Shown here piece by piece: positions 57,956 through 64,000 of a DNA stretch of 64,000 nt; position 1 is the first letter of the stretch; the number at the start of each line of letters is the position of its first letter. The notes under the pieces were generated by a model. The model was given only the letters and a program-made list of their open reading frames with translations, did no database searches and had not been told where the DNA came from. Made by a program: the position numbers and the translations under genes. This DNA comes from a virus (lineage: Duplodnaviria > Caudoviricetes): positions 25,781 to 89,780 of the IMG/VR virus record IMGVR_UViG_3300005573_000075, one strand, 5' to 3'.

Positions 57956-57983
57956 GTCATCTACCCACGGCTTTAGCCGTGGG
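57956..57983 (-). mobile_element. Isolated IS200/IS605 right-end remnant (reverse orientation)
   Basis: Minus strand reads CCCACGGCTAAAGCCGTGGGTAGATGAC, the same terminus as the right ends at 1586 and 62816. Confidence 0.8.
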
Positions 57984-58006
57984 TTAGGGACAAATATATT
58001 TTTTCT

Positions 58007-58672
58007 TCATTCATCGCGTTTATTCCAATAGACTTCCTTCAATTCATAATTAGAGATTTCTAATTCTTTAGCAAAATCTATGGCTTGCTGAAGACTATTA
58101 AACTTTCTGTCATTAATATAGTAGTGAGTACCTCCAGCCCATTTAGTAATAGTAATAATAGTTGGAGAGGGAAATTTAAGTTTATCTGAAACTTTTTCAT
58201 CAATTCTTGTAAAAAACTTGTCTGGATTAAAAATAAATCCACCATTTCCATTTATATAGATTTTTTTATATTTATTTAAAACTTCTAATTTAGGTTTAAA
58301 TATAACATTCATGAAATAATCTTTAATCTCTCCTATTGAGTATTTAACACGCACACTCTCAAGACCTTCATATGAAACAGTTTTAGAAGTGGATTTAGGA
58401 TCGTTCTTCCCAGTTAAATAATCAAGACTGGTTTTTTCTTCCAACAGATATCTCATGGTAGTGGTAGGATGTTTGTTAGAGTTTAAATCTTTAATAAATA
58501 AAGGGAAATTCTTTTTTAAGTAATTATTATACCAATAAAATAATTCTTTTTTAGAGCTAATTTCTAAAAACCAAAAAACACAGTTTATATTCTCATCTTT
58601 AAATTTAACAAATTTATATTTCATAGGATCCTTTTTTACCTCCTTTAATAAACTTTTCTGTAGCAAATTCAT
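58007..58672 (-). CDS. Hypothetical protein
   Basis: 221-aa ORF in the reverse-strand operon. Confidence 0.65.
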   Translation of the reverse strand: MNLLQKSLLKEVKKDPMKYKFVKFKDENINCVFWFLEISSKKELFYWYNNYLKKNFPLFIKDLNSNKHPTTTMRYLLEEKTSLDYLTGKNDPKSTSKTVSYEGLESVRVKYSIGEIKDYFMNVIFKPKLEVLNKYKKIYINGNGGFIFNPDKFFTRIDEKVSDKLKFPSPTIITITKWAGGTHYYINDRKFNSLQQAIDFAKELEISNYELKEVYWNKRDE

Positions 58673-59423
58673 CGTTAGATATTTGCCAGTAGTTTTTACT
58701 TATCTCTATACCTATAAAATTTCTTTTTAGTTCTTTAGCGACAATGCAAGTGGTTCCTGACCCTGAGAAGGGATCCAAGACAGTATCTCCTACATAGGAC
58801 AACAAATTGATACAACTAGCCGCCAATTTCTTTGGGAAATTGGCTGGGGTTAAACCTTTTGGCACTGTACCTATATTCCATATACCTCTGGTTAAACTAA
58901 CAAAATTTTCTTTATCAATAGTAGAAGTACCTTTATTTAATTTTTTCCATTGAGTTTTGTATAATATTAATATTCCTTCATAGGGGCAGGATATATATGG
59001 AGCGGAGGCGGATAGCCAGGATCCAAATGCTGTTTTTTTAGATAAAGTAATATCGGTCCATATAGCAATACTATGATGTTTAAATCCTATTTCTTTTACG
59101 GCTATCCAATTAAGGTCCATTAGTGGTGATTGGCGGGACATAGTATTATTTGATTTACCTGCTCCCTTTCCCAAGCTCAAGTAATGATTTAGACAAAATC
59201 TACCATCTTCTTTTAATACCCGGTATAATTCTTTCATCCATTGCCGGCACCAATTATAATAGTCATCCCATGACATATTGTCATTCCAGCTATCGTATTC
59301 TATACCTAAATTATAGGGTGGGGATGTAACTACAAGGTCTATGGAATTGTCAGGTATTTGTTGGAGAAAATCGACGCAATCTGCGTTATGGATTTTGTTC
59401 AATATATCTCTTAATTCAGGCAT
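58614..59423 (-). CDS. Orphan beta-class amino-DNA methyltransferase (m4C/m6A)
   Basis: IDLVVTSPPYN (motif IV) precedes VLDPFSGSGTT (motif I). Confidence 0.92.
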   Translation of the reverse strand: MPELRDILNKIHNADCVDFLQQIPDNSIDLVVTSPPYNLGIEYDSWNDNMSWDDYYNWCRQWMKELYRVLKEDGRFCLNHYLSLGKGAGKSNNTMSRQSPLMDLNWIAVKEIGFKHHSIAIWTDITLSKKTAFGSWLSASAPYISCPYEGILILYKTQWKKLNKGTSTIDKENFVSLTRGIWNIGTVPKGLTPANFPKKLAASCINLLSYVGDTVLDPFSGSGTTCIVAKELKRNFIGIEISKNYWQISNDEFATEKFIKGGKKGSYEI

Positions 59424-59424
59424 A

Positions 59425-59664
59425 TCAATACAATATTTTCCTATCGTTCAAAGGATTGGGAATAGCTATAACTTTATATTTAAGTTTATTCTTTTTAGCA
59501 AAATTAGCATCAAGGCATCTTTCAGCGCCGTAGTGGGTAGTATGCAAATGGTTACATGGGATCCATTTGCCTTTGCATTTATATATTAATTTATATTTTG
59601 TTTTCTTATAGATATGCATTATTTTAATTCGCCACCTGCGAGATTCCTCGCAGATGGCGAGCAA
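59425..59664 (-). CDS. Small basic hypothetical protein
   Basis: Probable start MHIYKK after SD. Confidence 0.5.
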   Translation of the reverse strand: MLAICEESRRWRIKIMHIYKKTKYKLIYKCKGKWIPCNHLHTTHYGAERCLDANFAKKNKLKYKVIAIPNPLNDRKILY

Positions 59665-59675
59665 ATGAACTCCAA

Positions 59676-60026
59676 TTATTTTTTTACAGTGGAATGTCTT
59701 TCTTCTATTACAGTGACATTATCTTCATCTTCTGTTGTTTGCTGTCTTTTAGCGACAACAACAGAAGGAGGGGTAGCGTTCGTTGTATTTTTAGATCCTG
59801 CCACAATTGTTGTTACCTTAGGTTTATTCACTAAAGTATACGTTATAGTATACTTTAGTGGTGAGGAAGTATGAACGAATTCCTCAATCGCCCGATTGCA
59901 CACTAGTAATAACTTTGCGGCTTCTTTTGTTAAGGTTATAGTTGTATCTTTCTCAGAAATGATTATCTCATTATCTTTAAAAGAGACTTCTATTTTTCTG
60001 GTTGTTTGTGTATTTTTTTCTGCCAT
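59676..60026 (-). CDS. Hypothetical protein
   Basis: SD GGGAGG; own promoter upstream. Confidence 0.6.
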   Translation of the reverse strand: MAEKNTQTTRKIEVSFKDNEIIISEKDTTITLTKEAAKLLLVCNRAIEEFVHTSSPLKYTITYTLVNKPKVTTIVAGSKNTTNATPPSVVVAKRQQTTEDEDNVTVIEERHSTVKK

Positions 60027-60056
60027 TAATTCCTCCCGGGATTTAATATTAAAAAA

Positions 60057-60086
60057 ATATTACAAAATTTTTGCAACATTTGTCAA
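60057..60086 (-). promoter_or_regulatory. Sigma70-type promoter
   Basis: TTGACA-N18-TAATAT on the minus strand. Confidence 0.55.
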
Positions 60087-61093
60087 GTATTTTTTTTGTC
60101 TATATTAGAATCATTTAATGAATCGATGATTTTAGGTGGTGGGGGTAATACAGGGTCTATAGTGGATTCGAATATTGCTTCAGGGATTTCATTAAAGTGG
60201 AGCAAATTATTTAATTCTTTAACTGACTGTTGAGGCAGTTTAATATTCTTTTGGATATTATTAATCGCCTCGCTGGCCATAGTAGTCATTCCGCCTATTG
60301 CCGCCATAATTTCTCTATGCAGGGTACCCATTTTAATTAAGTTTGATCTTGAGTATTGGGTGGTACTCTCTTTATAATTGACATCCAATCCAAATTTTTT
60401 AACCATTTTAACTTTATCGACATCCTTCATAATATCCGCGGTAGCGATTCTGCGGGCCAATCTAAGTCCTACGGTTAATAATTTTTGGTAATATTCGGTA
60501 TGGTCGTATAATTTCAGTGCCATTTTATATGCCCGCATAGTTCCTTTAATGAACCCGTAAGCACGCAGGCCGTAGCGTTGGGCTAGTAGTGTAAGCATTT
60601 CATGCAAAAGGAATGACAATTTGCGATAGCCTTCTTCTTCTAGAACTAGCGCCTCGCACATTAGGAACGCCGCATGTTTGCAGAACATGGTATACCTATA
60701 TTTATAAGGAACCATATTATATATTGTTTTCTTTTTCTGGATTCCCAAAGGTTCTTCTTCCTCTTCGAAATCCTCGAATATATTATTAATAGCGAGGTAA
60801 TTGACCATTGGTTCCCTGGTAGGTAGGATAGCGGTATTAAATTTTTCGTTGATAATAGTTTCTATATATCCTAATCTTGCGAGTGGGCGAGCGACATTAA
60901 TATCGTCTAATATTTTTATACGGACCCTGCCGTATTTAAATACGGTAACGAAATCCCCTTCTTTAATTGAGGTATATACTTTTATAGGGATACCTTCAAT
61001 TAAATAATCCTTTCTCTTTCTCCCGAAGGCGACATCTTTGATGTCGTCTTCGGTGAGGTTTTTATGGAATGGGTCGGTATTTTCTGGTTCCAT
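60083..61093 (-). CDS. Hypothetical protein
   Basis: 336-aa ORF; SH3/KOW-like IKEGDFVTV segment. Confidence 0.65.
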   Translation of the reverse strand: MEPENTDPFHKNLTEDDIKDVAFGRKRKDYLIEGIPIKVYTSIKEGDFVTVFKYGRVRIKILDDINVARPLARLGYIETIINEKFNTAILPTREPMVNYLAINNIFEDFEEEEEPLGIQKKKTIYNMVPYKYRYTMFCKHAAFLMCEALVLEEEGYRKLSFLLHEMLTLLAQRYGLRAYGFIKGTMRAYKMALKLYDHTEYYQKLLTVGLRLARRIATADIMKDVDKVKMVKKFGLDVNYKESTTQYSRSNLIKMGTLHREIMAAIGGMTTMASEAINNIQKNIKLPQQSVKELNNLLHFNEIPEAIFESTIDPVLPPPPKIIDSLNDSNIDKKNT

Positions 61094-61099
61094 TTTTTT

Positions 61100-61528
61100 T
61101 TAAATTTTTATTTTATATTCCTTTTTGAGCAAATTAATTTCTTTTTTCCAAGATTTTATTAAAGATTTATCTAATTTTATTTTATCTTTTAGAGCTTCTA
61201 TTTCTCTTAAAGTATTTTGTATGTTTTCTTTTAGCATAGCGATTTTTCTATCCACAATTAATCTATCATGTTTTTTAAATATCTTCTTATCCCCGGTGCC
61301 GATCACTTCGATAGAATGGTATTCATACACTTTACCGTCGCATTTGACGGAGTATTCCTGTTGCCCTCTTACGATGGTTATAGTAACCACCTGCCCGGTT
61401 TTTTCTTTACCCTCCCGGGTTTTAAATTTAACTATATCCCCTATATTATATACCCCTTTATTGTCTGATTTGTTTGGGGTATCTACTTCAAAGTAGATAG
61501 GGTTACCTTCATTGTTTACGTTATTCAT
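61100..61528 (-). CDS. SH3-like domain + coiled-coil protein
   Basis: YNIGDIVKF...GQVV...EYSV; SD AAAGGAGG. Confidence 0.65.
   Translation of the reverse strand: MNNVNNEGNPIYFEVDTPNKSDNKGVYNIGDIVKFKTREGKEKTGQVVTITIVRGQQEYSVKCDGKVYEYHSIEVIGTGDKKIFKKHDRLIVDRKIAMLKENIQNTLREIEALKDKIKLDKSLIKSWKKEINLLKKEYKIKI
61445..61466 (-). promoter_or_regulatory. Fifth copy of the phage-type motif, inside ORF 61100-61528
   Basis: Minus strand AGACAATAAAGGGGTATATAAT. Confidence 0.45.
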
Positions 61529-61638
61529 TTATTTTTTCCTCCTTTATTTTTTTCGCAGGTATCATCATTATAAATTAAACTCCTTCTAAAACCCACGGTT
61601 TTAACCGTGGGATACAGAAGGATAAAGAACATATACAA

Positions 61639-61668
61639 ATATTAGCATTATTAAAAAATAGTTGTCAA
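61639..61668 (-). promoter_or_regulatory. Outward-facing sigma70-type promoter inside IS copy 2
   Basis: TTGACA-N18-TAATAT with TG extension, pointing through the left end; absent from copy 1. Confidence 0.55.
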
Positions 61669-61681
61669 GTCAAAAAAATAA

Positions 61682-61707
61682 ATGACAATAAAGGGGATTA
61701 TATAATA
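61682..61707 (+). promoter_or_regulatory. Phage-type promoter-like motif upstream of tnpB copy 2
   Basis: ATGACA-ATAAAGGGGATTA-TATAAT (13-nt spacer), ending 4 nt before the ATG. Confidence 0.6.
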
Positions 61708-61710
61708 GGT

Positions 61711-62811
61711 ATGATAAGAATAACCTACCACTGTAACCTAAAAGGAAATAAAGAGAAACTAGCGTTTCTGGAACAACAATATAAATATGTTCAAATAATA
61801 GCTAGATATTACCTTTGGTATATTAAGTCAACTAAAGAGTATAGGAAATCAGAAATACATAAAGCTACATACGAAAAAATAAGAACTAAGTATCCATTTC
61901 TGTATTCTAAATTAATACAACATATAAGGGATAAGGTTCTAAGTTCTGTTAAAGCTAAGAAGTTGTATAAAATCAAAAAATTAAATTTTCCTTTAATTTT
62001 TGATTATCAAAATTTTAACATAGAATTTAAAGAAGGTTATTATAATGCATGGATAAGATTGTGTAAAAATAATTATCCCCTAGAAGGTTTAAGAACTATA
62101 AATAAATTAAAAGAAATTATTTCAATAAAAGAAATCCAAATAAAGAAGATAAATAAAGATTGGAGAATATACTTCATTTGTGAAGTAAAAGAAAATAATA
62201 ATGTTAAGGGAAATCAAAGGTTAGGTATAGATATCAACATAAAAAATATAACCCTTTCAAATAATAAAAGATTCAATTTAAAGCAATATGTACATAAGAA
62301 AATAGAATACCAAAAACATAAACAAAAAGATAAAATAATAAGATACTCTAAAGATTTCTTCCATAAGTTGACTTCTGAGTTGGTTAAGTATCTAATAGAA
62401 ATGGGAGGTTCTCAAATTATATTAGAGAACCTAACTAATATCAGGAAGTCAAGTTCTAGAAAAGAAGGAACATCTAAAGGGAAAAATATAAATTATCTAA
62501 TCAATAATGTATTTCCCTATAAAATGTTTCAAAGTTTTCTAGAGTACAAGTGTAAGTTAAATGGGATAGAAGTTAAATATATCAATCCAAGGAATACTAG
62601 TAAGACTTGTAATCAATGTGGATCCCCAGATACTAATAGACCTAAACAAAGTCTATTAATATGTAATACTTGTGGAAGAAGATTAAACGCAGATTTAAAT
62701 GGAGCTAAAAACATCTTGAAGTTTTCACTTCAAGATGGGTCGCCGAGTCGTTCCGACCCGTCTGAACTCCTTAAACATCAGACAAGCCCATCGGCTTTAG
62801 CCAGGGGGTAG
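61711..62811 (+). CDS. tnpB: TnpB RNA-guided endonuclease, copy 2
   Basis: Close paralog of 484-1581; RuvC D/E/D and zinc finger intact. Confidence 0.93.
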   Translation: MIRITYHCNLKGNKEKLAFLEQQYKYVQIIARYYLWYIKSTKEYRKSEIHKATYEKIRTKYPFLYSKLIQHIRDKVLSSVKAKKLYKIKKLNFPLIFDYQNFNIEFKEGYYNAWIRLCKNNYPLEGLRTINKLKEIISIKEIQIKKINKDWRIYFICEVKENNNVKGNQRLGIDINIKNITLSNNKRFNLKQYVHKKIEYQKHKQKDKIIRYSKDFFHKLTSELVKYLIEMGGSQIILENLTNIRKSSSRKEGTSKGKNINYLINNVFPYKMFQSFLEYKCKLNGIEVKYINPRNTSKTCNQCGSPDTNRPKQSLLICNTCGRRLNADLNGAKNILKFSLQDGSPSRSDPSELLKHQTSPSALARG

Positions 62812-62836
62812 ATGACCTCGCTGAAATTCATACGAT
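62720..62836 (+). ncRNA. Putative omega/reRNA 3' scaffold plus guide (guide starts at 62817, CTCGCTGAAATTCATACGAT)
   Basis: Core scaffold stem identical to copy 1; different flank. The 5' boundary is uncertain. Confidence 0.6.
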
Positions 62837-62893
62837 ATTTATTCGTATTTTTTTCTATATTTATCTTTTTCATTTTACTTTTCATATTTCCTC

Positions 62894-63100
62894 CTATTCT
62901 ATTTTTGTTAATAAAAATTTACCTCCGCCTAATTTTTCACATTTAGGTAACCTCTTCATAGACTTACCTAAACTTTCCATAAACAATCCACAAAAGTATC
63001 CATCCTCTACATCTATATCCCTACAATAATGACAATATTTACAACCACCTTTAGGTATTACTATTATCGCTTCGGTTAATTCTATTTTTTTATTTTTCAC
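62894..63100 (-). CDS. Small Cys-rich protein
   Basis: CKYCHYC...FCGLF...PKC. Confidence 0.6.
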   Translation of the reverse strand: MKNKKIELTEAIIVIPKGGCKYCHYCRDIDVEDGYFCGLFMESLGKSMKRLPKCEKLGGGKFLLTKIE

Positions 63101-63410
63101 CTCTTCCTCCCATTTTTCGTGTGCATTCTTTACAAATGAATCTTCTCATAGGCATTAAGGATGCCGTATCATTTTCTTTAATCGCTTGCCTTATTTCTCT
63201 TTTAGTAAGTTCCCAATCCTGGTAGTATATATCTTTAATAGGGAATATCCTTTTTCTTCCGATATGGTTCGTTCCTTCGCATGCCAGGGACTTCGGCGGT
63301 TTAACTTTTTTGCCGGTATATTCGCTTATCCAACTTATTTCTATTGCCGGTCTAATCTTTCCCCATCGACCTTTTGAAGCCCTGTAAATATGTAAAATTG
63401 GTTTCTGCAT
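63090..63410 (-). CDS. Small basic protein with a CxxC motif
   Basis: SD GGGAGGAGG; ACEG...CKEC. Confidence 0.6.
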   Translation of the reverse strand: MQKPILHIYRASKGRWGKIRPAIEISWISEYTGKKVKPPKSLACEGTNHIGRKRIFPIKDIYYQDWELTKREIRQAIKENDTASLMPMRRFICKECTRKMGGRGEK

Positions 63411-63427
63411 AACCTCCTCCTCCCAAA

Positions 63428-63456
63428 CCAGCCCGAGAATTTTTTTCTCGGGCTGG
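63428..63456 (-). other. 12-bp leader hairpin between promoter and SD
   Basis: CCAGCCCGAGAA-TTTTT-TTCTCGGGCTGG. Confidence 0.8.
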
Positions 63457-63472
63457 GTGGTGGGTTTGATCC

Positions 63473-63502
63473 ATTTTACTAAAAAGCGAACCCCTTTGTC
63501 AA
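63473..63502 (-). promoter_or_regulatory. Sigma70-type promoter for the reverse-strand early genes
   Basis: TTGACA-N18-TAAAAT. Confidence 0.6.
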
Positions 63503-63922
63503 ATATTATTTTTTCTCAGATAGAATCTCCACTATCTTTTTGTATATCATAACTCTTCTTTCTTTTCTGGATTCTTCCGGGCAGCCGTATATCTCCCTAT
63601 ATCCACAAACCATTCTTTAACCGCCCCGGAATTTGAATACCCTTTCCCTACCGTATAGGTTCCAGGATACGGCATTTGTACTTCAAACATTCTTGACAAA
63701 ACACATGTACTTTCTTGTGATACCTTCGGTCATATACCAGCATAAGCCTCTCCTCCCCCTTTTAAAATCGCTTTATAGCCCTTTTTTATCCCTGGATGGC
63801 TACACCTACCATCCTGCCCTAAATCTTTTAACCAGCGCAATCCTTACCCCACTGCCGTTTATTTTTAATATTATCTAGTTACCACTACGATCAGTATTTT
63901 GTTCTACTTTACTTTATAATTA

Positions 63923-63985
63923 TATTACTATATTATTATATTATTATATTATTATATTATTATATTATTATATTATTATATTATT
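63923..63985. repeat. AT-only tandem repeat (TATTATTA)n
   Basis: Six perfect 8-mers at 63931-63978 with degenerate units on both sides. Confidence 0.95.
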
Positions 63986-64000
63986 TATTTTTTTTATTGT

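Larger units (their letters stand above)
61572..62816 (+). mobile_element. IS200/IS605-family element, tnpB only, copy 2
   Basis: Follows TTAT (61568-61571); same left-end hairpin as copy 1; right end ...GGCTTTAGCCAGGGGGTAGATGAC; joining the flanks restores a small ORF. Confidence 0.9.

Noticed and set aside
57936-57983. Orphan omega-RNA providing a third guide (AGCTACAGATAATAGAGGAA)
   Set aside because: Only the terminal hairpin is present; the conserved GATGGGTCG/CGACCCGTC scaffold is missing.
395-62816. Two tnpB copies near the window ends read as a terminal repeat or circular-assembly overlap
   Set aside because: The copies differ at many positions and in length (1192 vs 1245 bp) and have different flanks, each reconstructing its own empty site.
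1302-63878. Short antisense or nested ORFs in the track (for example 1302-1484, 6268-6729, 39814-40278, 49415-49639, 61125-61496, 63633-63878)
   Set aside because: They shadow longer motif-bearing genes or structured DNA and lack SDs or recognisable motifs.
1-64000. tRNA or rRNA genes and host taxonomy
   Set aside because: No cloverleaf or rRNA signature was recognised by eye (tRNAscan not run); the host cannot be assigned beyond bacterial-type signals.

Overview
This is a strongly AT-rich segment of a contractile-tailed (myovirus-type) bacteriophage genome, read in standard genetic code with bacterial Shine-Dalgarno sites and sigma70-like promoters. It is a partial genome: no terminase, portal, major capsid protein or replicative polymerase is visible. 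Layout: (i) 1-13.8 kb holds the tail of an ATP-dependent DNA ligase, a tnpB-only IS200/IS605 element, a LigD-type polymerase fusion, a neck protein and a block of mosaic proteins that includes a HAD phosphatase and a LigD phosphoesterase. (ii) 13.8-33.5 kb holds neck, sheath, two tubes, a frameshifting chaperone, tape measure, baseplate and fibre genes. (iii) 33.5-49.4 kb holds a second late block with lysis candidates, a thymidylate kinase fusion and duplicated fibre/beta-propeller cassettes. (iv) 49.4-54.4 kb holds a GC-rich structured island followed by replication/recombination genes. (v) 54.3-64 kb holds a reverse-strand early region with RuvB, a DNA methyltransferase, small proteins, IS-end hairpins, a second tnpB element and an AT-rich tandem repeat. 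Most notable: all three LigD end-joining modules (ligase, polymerase, phosphoesterase) are phage-encoded. Removing IS copy 1 in silico rejoins ligase and polymerase in frame apart from one TGA. Both tnpB genes sit directly behind the same unusual GACA-N12/13-TATAAT motif that precedes the two large structural gene blocks, which suggests TnpB has been placed under phage control. All assignments come from motif recognition by eye; no database searches were run.
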